Source: Tubulanus polymorphus
Taxonomy: Eukaryota > Animalia > Nemertea
DNA: 64,000 bases
Reading direction: 5' to 3'
NCBI RefSeq assembly: GCF_964204645.1
Contig: NC_134031.1
Span: 15,921,807-15,985,806 of the forward strand
This document shows, piece by piece, positions 1-15,000 of the stretch; positions within the stretch are counted from its first letter, which is position 1, and every line of letters begins with the position of its first letter. The notes below the pieces were generated by a model. It searched no databases and was not told the origin of the DNA. It worked only from the letters and a program-made list of their open reading frames with translations. The position numbers were made by a program, and so were the translations under genes.

Positions 1-3000
1 TGAATATCGATATGAGCACGTCGGAACCTTGCAATCTGAAAATAATCGAAACGAAAATATTCTCAAAACGACGAATGAGGTTCCCGATTATTGAGATAGA
101 ATGCGGAAGAGAAGGGAACAAGTAATAGAAGTGTTTGCTTTGCTTACATGTAATCCATACTCAGCTGGTTATTGGTATTATTTATCGGATGGTTAATCAG
201 AGTTATACCTGGAAAAAAAAAATTATCATTATGAACAATTTTGGAAAATTACAAAAATTTCGGAAATTTACAAAATATTGCAACGAATCGTTCAATTTTA
301 CCGTAGGCGGCTGGATTTCCCTTTTCCACTGGTAAGTTGGCGCGTAAAATGGCGTTGTTTATCGTATTCAAATACGCCGGCATCGAATGGTAGCCTTTGT
401 CGTTGTACCAAACTTTACTGACATCGCGTACGGCCAAACGACGGAACAATCCAGGCGCATTCTCCGCGAAATCCTCCGGTACGAATTTCCTTGCATATCC
501 CGACGTTATCGCTCCATATCTATAAAACAGAAATTTTTATGAGGATTTCACAATCCAGGTGTGGATCCAGAGGGTGCTTTGGGTGCTAGAACACAGCCAC
601 CGCTTTCAAAAATGTCCCTTTTTCATTTTTAGTTTTTCAATGTTACTTCTCAAAGTACAAGGTACATTTCGAATATATGAATGATCAAACTTAAAATGCT
701 CAGAACGCAAGAAAGTGAGACTAATTTTCAAAAATTTCTTGGGGACGACCAGCTAGAGGACTCCCCTTTGAAAATCCTGGATCCACCATGATTCCAGAAG
801 TGGATGTTGTAATGTGAACTAGATGGATAAGAATGTATCAGTAGTTTTTGATACCTGTTCAGGCGATATTCATCATGAGTATTCAGGAAATATTCCGGTT
901 CATTTTGTCCAGTGATGTCCAACAACTTTTCATTAGTCAACGCTTTATAAGCGGGCGGACGCTTATAATAGGAAGGACACAAGAATCCCCGTCCATCTTT
1001 AGCACAGCGACACTCTGGATAAAACCGAGCCATGGCTTCCTGAACTGAAAATACAAACATTATTGCTCAAATAATTTTCAGCAGGTGCAGCAGGAGGCAT
1101 TGCGAAGGAGCCGTTTTATAACCTGGTGTCAAATCAGCAAACAAGACAAATAGTACTTTGAAGGTAAACTTTATTTATTTGAAGTACAAGCTTTTGCTAC
1201 TACTGTATTGTAGCTTCATCAGCTTAAAGAGTTTCTGATGAAGCTGCTATATACTAGCTGCAAAATCTTGTGCTACAAATAATTCAAGTTATCCTTCAAA
1301 GTACTATTCTTCATGGTTCCCACATTTACATGGATTAGAAATTCCCAGGTTTCTTTATGGGTGATTTTTCAATTTTCCCAAATGGAAATGAACAGGTATC
1401 GTCATGTTACGGTCAACATTTTAGTGATGGCTGGTTGATAAGGGTGATTCCCGAGGGAAATCGCTGAAGAAAGTTGCCCTTGGCAAATGCAATACGTGAA
1501 ATATAAATGAATTTCCCAAATATGTCCCTGATTCAAGGAAAATTTTCAAATTCCTACATATTTCCAAACTGGGAATTATTGTTTAAAAATTCCCAAGTTC
1601 CCTGTACCCTGGGAGCCATGACTATTTGTCTTAACGCATAAATTTTTTGTGTCAGATGCATGTAAATTTGTTGCCGTTTATCCCTCAGAATGAACTTACT
1701 CGTTTTCATATGAGCTTCTTGCGATGCATTTTTCTTCTCGGTCGCAGCCGGTATTATATAGGACGGAGGCATGTAACTCGATAAGTGAAATCCTTGCACG
1801 AAAACGTCTCTGCAACCCGGATTGAAATACGCCGACAAAAAGTCCCACTTCTGCTGGTTGTCCAAACGTTCCAACTGGTTCATAACCTGCGGTAGCGAAT
1901 CGAACGGATTTTGAAACGGCGTCTTCAAAATACAAGTGGCGCTGATTCCGTAGTTCAGAAGCGAATCGATAACCGCTCCGGGCTGCGCGTCTTCGGTTTT
2001 GATTTTTCGTTGTTGTCGTTGATCGGTCGCGTACGGGATGATGTTGCTGTCGCGTTGCGTGTAGTTGTAGTACTGAGCCGGACTCATCACCAGTGGAGGC
2101 AGGTCCTGAGCGAGCGGCGCCGTCAACGCTACCGTCATCGCGATGCATACGAACATCGCCGGCAGGATTATCTGTGAGAACAATCCTTTCCAGTTACGAC
2201 TGACGTAGTACATACGCTTGATGAGCACGCCGTAAAACTGACGTAAACGAAGCGCCGACCCGGACAAAGTATGCGACACAGAACCAGCTTCAAATAATCC
2301 GGCACCAGCTTAAATAAAGAAAGCAAAAGAATAATAGAGCAGTGCTGAATTACATCACATTTGAGGGAAAACATTCTAATGTCTATTTCAACTTGTTTTA
2401 ACGGATGCCGGTGCTGTCAGGGTAATCAGTCAGTTTTAGTCGAACTTGTGTTGATATAGGTCTTAAAATGACTAGATGGGTAGTTAAACTAAAATATAGA
2501 TTTTTAATCCATTTAAGGCTAAAAAAGATTGAGAAATGAACTGATTACAAATTTCGTTGTATTTCATAAAATCATCCAGCTGATTAGGAGAAACTAGGTA
2601 CCATTTTTCTTTAGCCTTATACTGTTTTGTGCTAGGTTTGGATTCATTACCTTCATGTTCTTCATTAACCAGTAATGAATAGTCTCCGTTTGTCCTCGAC
2701 TCATTGTTTCTAGGCAACTGATACAACGATTCTTCACTACCAGCTCGAGCCATATGTTCCATAGCGACATCTCCAGTCTGTTCACTAGTCAGAAGCGGAA
2801 CATCATCATCACCGGCCATGTCCGTCATCGGATTTGAGTTATCGACGCTCGTTGAATCCTGGGACTTTAGCGAACCGGGGTCGACGTCTTCATTTTCAGC
2901 ATCATCTGGAGAATTGAATTTAAAAGGTGAAAATCTCGATAAAACAATCTGTCTATGCTGTAACGATGATATAACATAAAGTTGCTCTACTTTGAATTTG

Positions 3001-6000
3001 TTTAGTTTGTGACAATTGTATCACATATTTCTTTAATTTGTTCATTTTTATGTCAAGGTGTCTGAACATCCTTCTGGATATACAGCCTTAATGCCTCTAC
3101 TCAGTCTCCTGTCACCTCAATGTCTGTAACCTATTTTGTTATTATTCATTTTGTACATATTGATGGTGACAAATAAACTACTAGATACTATACTATGTAT
3201 ATTTTTGCTGTTACTTAAGTATTCCTAAAGAAGGAACATCAAGAAAAACACAATTTCGATTGTTTCTAATAAAATATCAAGTTACCCTCATCATTTTTTG
3301 CTTTTTCCGTTACATGAAGAAAGACCTCCTCCAGATTAGTATCGATGACGCCGTAACTGCTGATATGAGCTTCGGCTGCCTTTGACGAATCCAACGCCTC
3401 GAACAACTTTTCAAAATTTCCTTTCTTGGCCTCTTCAAATGGCAGTATATAATGGAGTTCACGTGATGTTTCGCTGTGCAGATACGCAGTAGATACGTAT
3501 TTAGTGATGAAATCCGTTGCTTTATCTTCGGTGCACAACGACACGAACGACATTTTACGATGTAAATTCAGTAGCGTTGCCGAATCCTGAGATAAAGTGT
3601 CTGAAACTGAATATCAAAATATTATCAGCATCAAGTCTCAACTGCAGGGTAATTACTGCTTGTGATCACGGTTCTCAAAGCTCAAGTATAATGTTATTTA
3701 TAAATCGATAAATATATCAGTAACGTAATTTTGGGATTAACAAGAACGACGCCATAGTCGTTCGGATGGATCGTGAAATAAAATCTCTATCGTAACATCA
3801 ATCGGAGTAAGTCGTTAAATCACTTCGAAGCTCAGAAGATCATGTAAGATCCCAGGAGAGACAGCCAACAACAAAACAATAACTGGATCCCATTAATTTA
3901 GGTGTGTGAAAAATTAAATCTGACGTCCCCACAAATGCTCAGATTGCATCTGGATGCAGTCAGTGCTTTGGGGCGAAACTCCAAACCCTAAAACCTTCCT
4001 CAGTGGTGCCGAGATACTGGACTGAGCAGTATTCAAAAACTGAGGTTGGATCCGCCCCTGAACTTTTAACTGGGTTATCCGTATTCAAGTTATCTGTCAG
4101 GATAAATCATAAGGAGGCGATAGCTACATTATTCTCTCCCACCTCGCAGCGATTAGCAACTGATCATAATTTGGTTTTGTGAAAATGAACCCCAGGGATA
4201 AACGCGTACCGTTCATTATTTCGGTCTAACTTACCGGTACTGCGCAAGTCTTCTTCGACTGGTTTCTTAACGAGTTTCAGGTGGTAACCTTCTCCGAACG
4301 TGCTCTTCAGGAACAGAGACGAACCGCAACATTTCAGTTGACCGTTAGAGATAATCGCGATTCTATCTCCGAGTATATCGGCTTCATCCATGTGATGAGT
4401 TGACAACAATATAGTACGACCTACAATTTCCATATAAGCATTTTACCCAAAAACAATCTTAAGATTTAGGATTAAGATCCACTGTTTTTGTCAGGAATTC
4501 GTACCTTTCTTGTATTTGATCAGTAAATCCCAGATAGCTCTGCGGGCGTAAGGATCAACTCCGGCTGTCGGTTCATCGAGAATCACTGTACGCGATCCTG
4601 CTACGAACGCTATCGCTACAGACAGCTTTCTTTGCATTCCTCCGGATAAACAATCTACTGTGTTCTTACGTTTTTTCGGCAAGCCGACATCTTTAATCAT
4701 TCTACAATTTAAAGAAATCATTTTCATGTTTCCTTATATTTCTAGTAGGTCAACCTATGGTAATCATGGTAATCATTTCATACTTACGATTCCATTTCTT
4801 TGTCGATATCTTTAGATTGCATTCCTTTCAACCGAGCATAAAACCAAAGATGTTCTTCAACAGTCAACCTGTAATATGTCAACAAGAAGTAAGGCATTTA
4901 ACAAACTGAGTTTTTGAACTTTTTTGAGCAGTTGATTTCAACTACTGATCTATTTTTCTTACTTGTCAAACAAGACATTATGTTGTGGACACATTCCCAA
5001 ACTCTTCCGTATTTCTTCCATTTCAGTTCTGATGTTCAAACCGTAAATTGTCGCCGATCCTGAGGTCGGTGGGAAAAATCCAGTCAATATAGACCTGTAC
5101 GAAAAAATCAAGATAATCTAGAGTCATTTGGGTCCTATTTCCAAAAAATTATGTCAGCCAGTTTTCAACTCACATGGTGGTAGTTTTTCCAGCTCCATTG
5201 TGTCCGAGAAACGATGTAATTTGTCCTTCGTAGAGGTTCAAACTCAATTTGTTGACGGCTAATTTTCCGGTTTTGTATATTTTCGTTAGGTCATCGATGG
5301 AAACACCGAGAGGTATGTGAGTTGGCTCAGCTTCGAAATTCTGATTATAAGCTACAAATAAGAATGAATAGATATAAAAATCATCGATTAACTGACAAGA
5401 TTCATCAGCGATGAAATATTCTCTTTTACTAACCTTGAGTTCTCTGATCCATGGCGCACGCTTGATCCTCCTCTACGACGGACATATATCCTCGTCTCCG
5501 TCGGAAACAGTTTGTAACGCTGCATTGTTGTTCCGGTTCGGTTTTGATCGGATGTCCGCACCAGTACGACTTCGTGAACGGGAAATACCAAGGTTTCGGC
5601 AGACCGAAAGAACCTTAAAAGTATACTTTGTTTTACCATACCTGAAATTTTTGCGCGTAAAAATAGGCTTATACCTCACGTACGTACCAGGATGGACGGC
5701 CTCGATATACCAAACCAGCAATCCGTAAACAGTGGCGTCTATAATCATCATTAGTGTCACACTGAACAAGTTAAACTTATCATCTTCGACTGGTGACACA
5801 GCTAGATTATCCCACTGTACTCCGATTCCTTGTTCTTCGTAGTAAGCGAAATACTTAGCTCCAATTCCGAAAGCGGTCGTTGAGAAAAGCGACTGAAGTA
5901 GAGAAATATAACACTGTTTATATACTTACACATTAAACAAGTGTCAAACCACCCTTTTTTCTCAGTCAATTACTTCCAATGCTTTTAACACATTAGCACT

Positions 6001-9000
6001 CAGGAATTTCACTATGTAGTGTCAATTACTCCTTGGAAAATTCAAGGGAAAATCCAAGTTTATCATGATACTGAATAGCTCATTTGCTGTTTATTTTCAT
6101 CAAAAATACATAAAGAGGATGTATTTTTGTTTTCATGTATTACAAGTTGGTGTTATTTTGTAGTAAATAGTAAAGACTATCATATGATGGAAGATTTGAG
6201 GATGGGGTAAACTATGTGATCTATTTAGATTTAATTACTTATGGTATAACATGAATGATATATTACAGAAACTTACTGCTATCGATTTAGCCCAGGCTGA
6301 TATGTGATCGCGCGCTGCCTCTTCTCTGATAGCGACGTACATGTAAGGCACGTAACTCAAAAAATACATGATACCAGCGCATGCAGCAGCTAGCTTAGCT
6401 TTCGAGTACAACACGCTGACGAAAAAGCTGCGAATATTCGGAAATGGAAACGTATCAAAACCAAGAATTGCGGTAGACGATTTCAAACTATGTTAAGTTC
6501 TAGTTTCACACTTACCAAAACATAATAGTGGCCAACGCGAAGACCTCTAAAACGATGAATATAATGAACGGATTGCTGTATTCTAAGACATGGCCGTATT
6601 TCAACATAATCGTCAACATTCCCATCGTTAGTGTCATCTGTCCGAAACTTGTAATAAACCACGCAATCCAATGAACAGCATTACTCAATCCCATCATTTT
6701 CATCACCTTAAAAGACAACAGGTATTTCATCATTTTCAGAAAAGGAAAAATAAGGTTGAACGTGTATTTAACAGGAGGGTCCCTACATATCAGTCATTCC
6801 TGAATATAAGGAGTTTTTAAGGAGGAAATCTCATATTTCACAAGTGTCTGCATCACTTTCATATCCCAATTACTGTAGACTCCTCCTAAATCAGTAAGCA
6901 AATTCGTATCCTTCACCTAAACTATTCAAAAACCACCTAATTGGGTTTAAAAAAATCCTGGTCCCAATTTATCGATTTAGGGGTAGTCTACTGTACAACT
7001 AGACCAAAATTTCTCAAAATTGAAGGAGTTTTAGGTATTTTGTTCAAATTAAAGGAGTTTCAAGCACCTTTGAAATCATTTTCCATTTGGAAGGAGTTTT
7101 GAAGGAATCACAGAGTCGTATAGGGATGCTGTTTAAGGTTAGGCAAGGCTTACTGTATTATAATTCTATCTATACATACTTCTTTAAGTCTTTGTTCTTT
7201 TTCATATACAATACTCTGAACAAGCATAGCTACGGAATAAACCCATGATATCGTTAAGCACAGCGGCATCACGTGTTCTATCATCACCAAAAACCTACAA
7301 AACAATTTATTCAGTGACACCCATTTTAACAAATTAACGTTATTTCTACAAGGGTATTTGTGACGCAACTTACTGGTCTTTGAAGAAGCAAGGGTATGGG
7401 AACTGATGCAGATAGGTGCCCGGTTCAACGACATCTCTACCAGCTAACACATCTATAATAGCACGCTCTATCGCATCCTACAAGAGATGACACAATACAC
7501 ATATTTCAAAAATTCACGAAATATTTCGAAGATGCATAATTCAATCTTATTATTCTTACCTGCAACCAGAGGAATCCGTATTTGTAATAACCGAAATCCT
7601 GTCCAGCACCTCGCGGCCCGGGATTCCAGTTCTGAGGTCGGATAAGTTTTGTACTCGCCGTCAAACTGGCATTTTGTCGTATCTTATACGTAACGTGATT
7701 AGGCAATGAGCCGTCTTTGTTCACCTCAAACACGAGTCCTGTTAGAATTACATTTATGTATGAAATGTGTAAGTAATTTGTTGAAAATTGAAAATGGCGC
7801 TTGTTGTTGAGTGAGCGAAGTGGGCGACTGGTTAGAGCATTCGACTGTCGTTGGTTTCGAACCCGGTACATTACAGTAGTGTCCTCGGGTAAGACACTTT
7901 TCCTCATAGCCTCTCTCCACCCAGGAGTAAATGGGTCCCTGGCCTGATAGATGACTCCTGAGCGCCTAGCAGCTGCTCTGGTGTTACTTCTCCCCAAGGA
8001 GAGATGACAGATACATGAATAGAGTTATAGGCTGGGGGTAAGTTTGGAGCGCATTTGAACAGACTCTAGTTTGGATACCTGCGCTATGTAAATGAAAATT
8101 ATCAAAATAGTAATGAACTTGTTGAATTTACCGGCAAGAACCGTAACATGGTCGTTATACGCGCGTTTTAAAGCGTAATCGATCACGTCATCCTCGGTTT
8201 CAAATCCGAGCCACATGTTCAGGTGCACGTTCTTCATCAGGGCTTTCCAGCTACAGCTGGCGTTGTCGACCCGTTCGAGCTGCCGCAGGAAGTCATCCGC
8301 CGACGGAATCGAGAAGTTGGCGAATTTCACGAGATCCGGATTGTCGGTGTACGCGACAACGTTTTCACGAAGACTCAACTGAACCAATCGCAGTTGTTCC
8401 AAGTTGTATTTCGTGGAATTCTCGAGGAAATATTGTCGCAAATCGTTGGAAATATTCAACCACTTATCGGCGTACTGAGTAACTTCATTTATCAAAGCAA
8501 ATGATTGATTGGCCTGAAAAAAGTCATTAATGTATAATCCATTTGCTACAATAGCCACACTCAAAGGTGGTGAATGGATAATAAGATAAAAACCCACCAT
8601 GTACAAATCAAAATAATTTCAAAATCATCGTCAGGTGTCACACTTGACGATGATCTCAAGGGTGAGATCGAAATGTTGTGTCTTTTAGATTTTGAATAAA
8701 TAAATTCTCGATCTTAAAATCGTTTTAATAGTAGGTTTTTTTATCTTACATGATACGCAATTCAGTCAAATTTGACTTGGAACATTTTTTCCATGTGCAC
8801 CAGATGTTAGTTTAGTTGCAAATATAAATTCAGCTTTTTCTAAACCCTTATATGAATAAATAATATATTATCATATTCATACGTGTTAATTCTAATTTTT
8901 CTAAACCCTTATATGAATAAATACAATTTCATCATATTCATACGTGTTAGTACCTGCTTGATGACGGAATCAACTGCTTTAGAATTATTCGGAGCGTACA

Positions 9001-12000
9001 ACACTTTCAGATTACTGTTCAATGCATAGAGTAAATAACGTAGATCTCGCTGTTGACGAGAATTCGGATTTCTCTCTAAATGATAAAATAAGTCAAAATG
9101 TCTAAAATATCGAATTAATATTTGATTTTAGTTTCCATAAAATTCAACATTTCGTATTTCTACGTACTGAATTTCTCAGTCTCGAGCGTGATGTTCGTAT
9201 CTTTACCGCAGACGGTTCTCTGCATAGTCGTCCAGATTTTCATCAATGTCGCGTACTGACTCATACTGTCCTTCTTCTTCTCACGATGTTCGGGCTGAAA
9301 TTACGTTCATTTAGTACACACGCAGACATCACACACTCGGTAGCAGTACAACTGCTAAACATAGCAACAGGGGCGGATTTGGGAAATTTGGAAGGGCTGG
9401 GTCCGGAAGAATAGAGAAGGCTTCTCGGAAAAAGCAGCGAAATCAAAGGCCTCCGAGTTGTTTCCATCTCAGTTTTCAACAGAAATACATCCGAAAGGTT
9501 TCATTTTCCGATAGGATGAGTGTCAAATTTACAGATTTTACTGTCTCGACGAAAGGGCCCACTCTATGGGAAGGCAGGGGTCCAGACCCGTGAGACCACC
9601 CTAAATCTACCTCTGTAGCAATTGTATAGAAAATAAGAAACACTTTGAATCGTCACGCATTAGTGAATACTTTCACGTTCATCTCGAATCCAGATTTCTG
9701 AGACAAGATAACAAACGTCAAATATCAAACAGGTACCTTTGATGAAGATGTTTCATTCTTGATGTCGTTGGTGTTTGAATCACTGCTATTGCTAGAAGGA
9801 GGCGGAGCATCTGTAATTGGCGTAAGACTATCGGGATGTGGACACGAGTCGAGAGGTAGAATCGCTGCCAATGTACTCAACTCAAACAGCTGTTTCTCAA
9901 ACAACATGAATAAATGCACCTGTAATTCAATTACAATAGAATATAACCTACACATCAGCTTACATACCGATACTAAGATCTGACATGACATCCTGGGGCC
10001 GGTTGCTCAAAAGTTGGTTTAAGAAAACCAGCGGATAAATACCATAGTAACAGTGCAATTTCAATTATCACTATGTCAACTATCCACTGGTTAACTCTAA
10101 CCAACTTTTGAGCAACTGGCCCCTGAAATACTTACATTTTCAATGAATTCTTTCACACGCTTTTGCCTTTTCGAGAAGTCTAACGTATCGAGGTGAAACT
10201 GAAAACGACGCCAAAATGAAATTATTCGCCGTCCAAAATGACTAGCAGATCCGAGCTCGTTGATACTTACCAATTTAACTACATGCGTCGTTTTAATTGC
10301 GGTTTTTAATTCATTTGACAAGGCAGTCAACTGCGTGCTATTCAAATGACAAATGAAGTCTTCAGTCTTATTCTATAAATAGATTTATACCGGTATATGT
10401 AATGAATGCAACATTATACTGTAGCCTTCTGAATGAATTTAGTTATTCCTACGCGTTATACAATATATCAAGAGCCCTTTCCGTCAACATCTATATGTTC
10501 ATGCACATTTATTTCGTTAAAAACCCAACAGCAGTCAGAGGTGTAAATAAATGTCTCACGTATGGTGATTTACATCCTATTTTCATCGTAAAAACCTCCT
10601 GACTTACCAGTTTAACGACGCTATCCTCGTCGTCTGGAGGAATCAGTAGTCTGTTTAACTCGTCTTTATCACAGCTCACTTCATGTATCATATCGGGTGA
10701 CAACAGAATATTCTAAACACGCGAAATGAATAACTTATAATTGTAAAATCTTTTAAGTACACTGCATATATTTTTATAATGTTAAGCGCTTAGATTATGG
10801 TTTTAGTTAAGCGCTTTATAAGAAAATAGATAATAATAATAATAATAATAATCATTATTATTATTATTATCATTTTCAGCTGGATGAAAATTTGATCTTC
10901 GAAATGGAAAGTAATTTGGTGAATTCGAGGGATACCTTGATAAGATCGACGATCTTATTCATATTAGAATCGTCGCTGAATCCGAGCATATCGCTGAACA
11001 GCTCGCGTTCGTCTCTCCGCTCCTCGTCTCTTGACGCCGATAGCTTTTCCATGATCGCGCGCATTCTATCCGCTCCCGTCGATAAAATCGAACCTTTCGG
11101 CAATCGATTCAGGACGTCGGCCATTTTACCGGTCTCCGATAGAAGATCTTTCACGCGGGAGAAACGTAACGCATCCGATCGTCGCGCGTCGCGTTTCGAA
11201 CGCGAGCGTTTCGGATTGCGAACGAGATCGAGCACCGTTCGCAGAAGTTTGTGTAGATTCGTTCGCCGCGTGTCTTGTTGCGTATTTCTTTGAAACAACA
11301 ATCGATTTAACTGAAAAATAGAAAAAGAAATTCTTGTCCAAAACTAATATACCGGTAGTACAACTAGAGGAATTTCACTGAGATGGACCCCTCCTGGTAG
11401 ACGTAGGCGTTGCCACCCCAAAACCACATGGAGACGCACCATCACCACTGAAGTCTTCAGCTGGTCTTATCTGGGACCAGGCTCAACACACAGCTATGGG
11501 CCAGTCCAAGCGGATGAAGTTCTTCACGGCCTTATGTCCGAGAAAGGATGAAGAGAATTAAGAAAGTAAGGAAGTAAGTACAACTAGAGGAGCGACCTTT
11601 CCTCACAGGAATCGAGACTTGCTTTTATGGTTTGAAAATAATAAGCCGGCGCTTACCATCAACACCTGACGATGACCTCTAGGGAGAGCTCGAAGTATTG
11701 TGTCTTTTAATATATTTTCTGATTCAATAAATAATCGGTTTTTGATACTTTTAATCTGTGAATAGTGGGTTTTTATTATATTGTTTGATTGTGGCTATTT
11801 TACCATGAGCTGATGGCTTTGACTCATTTAGCAAGGTGATATTTGGACAACGATATTGTTTCCTAATGACACAAAAATTTGAAACAAGGTAGGCCTATCG
11901 ATAAAGTAGGAGAGCTATAAAAACCAGGGGCCAGTTGCTCAATAGTTGTTTGAAAATAACGAGTGGATAAACACCTTAGGAACAAGTTCCATAGTCGTGA

Positions 12001-15000
12001 GTGATCATTTGACACTGGGTTGAAAATGAACTGATTTTCAACTTTGAGTTAAGTTTAATTCACAACTGTGGAACCGAGTGCATAGTAACAATGAATTTTC
12101 AATTGTCACTACGTCACATAGGTCCTATCCACTGGTTAACTCAAACCAACTTTTCAGCAACCCCCCTCCCCCCATAGAGTATCTCTCCTGAACAAGTGTA
12201 CTGAACATGATCAGTATAGTGAAAAAAATAATGAATAGACAGGATGTAATAGAAAGCTTCTTGCTGATATACGCAGTCTGTTATTAAGGAAGCGAGGATA
12301 TCATTAATGACATTTTCGCTCATTTAATCAGCCAAACGGAACAGTAATCATCTTTTATGGCGAAGAGTAAAGTGAATCCTTCCCCGCAATATTATCACCA
12401 CGCGCGACAGAACGTATCTTCGCTTTTCATCTCGGCTTATATCACAATTTTTTTCTCGATTAACTTTGCGAAAATATTTTTTTAAAGTCGTAAATAGTGG
12501 AAGAGATGAAATCTGTGAAACAAAAACATTGCTGTTTATCCACGATTTGAATAGTCACAGTAGTAGTACACTCAAGTCTGATCAACAGGAATATTTGTCT
12601 GAACGGCTCTCATATCCGGCAAATTTTCACGGTCCAAAAATATCTGACTTGAGGCCATCCCAACTGCCGATGTATGCGACCAACTGCCGATGTATGCTCT
12701 ACCTATGTTTGTCCTCAAGTGTAGACCATGTGAAAATGGCCTCGATGTGTACCCTATTTTTCCAGGAAAGTTTTTTTGCCCTAAAATTTAGCAAAAATAA
12801 TTCCACCTTCCGCATACAGACAATTAAGTTGGGATGTTCTGATTCAAGTCTACACTTTTGGGCATTCATATACCAACCGGTAGTTAAGCTCAGGTATATA
12901 TAATTTGTTTATCGCACCGGGACTTCTATAGCCCTCAGGTAGATATTTTGTTTATCGCACCGGGACTTCAGTGGCCCATGTGGATATTTTGTTTATTGTG
13001 CCGGGACTTCGCGATATTTCAGGAATATTGACCCAGTTTCACAGTTCTGAGTTAAATTTGACTCTAGAGTTTTAACCTTTTTTTTTCATTATTAGAATAC
13101 AGATTAGTTTTATTTCTAATCGATATACATCATCTTTATATCTCACGGGTATTACGGGCAGGATTGAAAATTAATGAAAATTAAAACATTGAAAATGAAC
13201 TAACATTAACTCAAAGTTAAGTTAACTCTCAACTCACAACTGCGGAACCGGGCCCAGTATTTCGAGCTATTGCACGTCGATAATCAATACAATCGTATTA
13301 AATACATTACGTGTTCGATATATCTGTACTCTTATTACCTCATTCATATTGATAGTGACATTCATTAGCACTTTAGCATCCTGGATAGGCAGCGACAAAT
13401 TATTCACCAGGAAGTCCATCACTTGCTGTTTGTCTTCGAATAACATATCCAAAGTAAAGTCTGAAAATCGAAAGAGCATTTACTTCCCGACATTTATTGT
13501 CATTTAAGCAACAAATCCAAAATTGATTTATCAAATCCATACTTAGAAAGAATGGCCAGATTTTTGTTAAAGAAACTGAGTTTTCCACGGTAACATAGAT
13601 TTTAAACTGATTCACTCGATAATAGGAACTAAATCACTTACTATTAGCTTGTTTAAACAGATCTTGTATTTCAACTGGCTCGTCGAAGATTTGCTTGTAC
13701 ATTTTCGGAATTTTATCCATTTCATCGGGTTCGAAACCCGGGTCGAAGAAGTTGTGGTCTTTCGCGATGTTTTTGAAATGCGTCAAAAAACTCGACATTC
13801 TGAAGAAAAAAAAAAGCGGATCATTTTCTCGTGTTCATTTGACCTTTCACGGGTTCTATTTCGGATTGATAATTATAACGAGAAGGTTGTCAACAGCAAC
13901 GAGAGAGCTACTCGGAAGTGAAAACCGCCTCCGGACGAAGATAATGATAAATGAATTGATATCGAATACATAAAACCTTTTAACCCTCAAATACCGGAAG
14001 CTAGGATCCAGTAGGATATAAGAAATTCTGAACCGTCAATAGTATATTCAATTTTGAAGCTATCCCACGGCTATCTTTACGTGCATAACAAGAATGCAGT
14101 CTAGTTAGCAAGATTCAACCGCGCAGTTCCCCCAGCGCTTAGAAATGCCGAGAAATCTAGAAACGTCATGGACAGGGAGCTCGTTATAGGAAGAATACAT
14201 ACGACGACTGGGGAAAGTTGACGAATCCATCTTTATTAATTTCGCCATTGTCACAAAATGCTTGCATCACAGACAGTACTCCAGACGAGGGTAGAGGCAA
14301 AGTATGGAACTCCACTGTTATAAGAATAGGAAACAAACAAAAAATATATGGCTCTATTTTGTTAGAATTTCATATCAACCCTTTCAGTGCTGACTAATCA
14401 ATACCCTATAGTGCTGGAGAGGATTTGAAAATTTTGAACAATTCCACCCTAGTGTGTTGAATAACGGGAATACCACTATAGTGAGTCTACACCCCGGTGC
14501 GGTGTATCATTAGTTACTAATATTTCACTATGTTTGTCAGGTTCTGCCATTTTTCAAGAGAGATAATTACTAATTACTAATGATATCAATACACCACAGT
14601 GTGGTGTACTAGCAAAATTCATCACCGATTTATACACCGCACTGCAGTGTATATGCACTGAAAGGGTTTAAACGATGTAAACGCATTCGATTTAGGAATG
14701 AAGTTTTTCGAATCTTGAAATTTGAAAAAGATTAATTTTCAAATTTGAAATTTGATTCAAAAGCTTACCCGCTTTGCGCGGCGAAGACGGTTGTTTCGCG
14801 CGAATAGCAACGAGAATAAAGAACAAAACCAAAGGTATAAAAACCTCGAACATCAACACAAACTGAAAGAGAACAATGAAAATATATTAGTACATCTATT
14901 GATACAGTTAGACAGAATCCCGAGTTAGATTTAACTATGATGATATTTCTTAACCTATCTCCTTTTTTGCGCAATAAATTCTACACAATTTTATAAATAC

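Noticed and set aside
4143-4159. 17-nt ABCA2 micro-exon apparently needed to fix reading phase
   Set aside because: The acceptor at 3601-3602 (TTCAGTTTCAG) restores the frame directly and the donor GTGGGA is weak, so it is not required.
9671-9697. 27-nt in-frame ABCA2 micro-exon
   Set aside because: It would need a 39-nt upstream intron, shorter than the other introns here (about 70 nt and up), and the donor GTATTC is weak.
12466-12903. 145-aa plus-strand ORF in an ABCA2 intron
   Set aside because: Made of degenerate repeat fragments, has a non-ATG start and shows no protein-like motifs.
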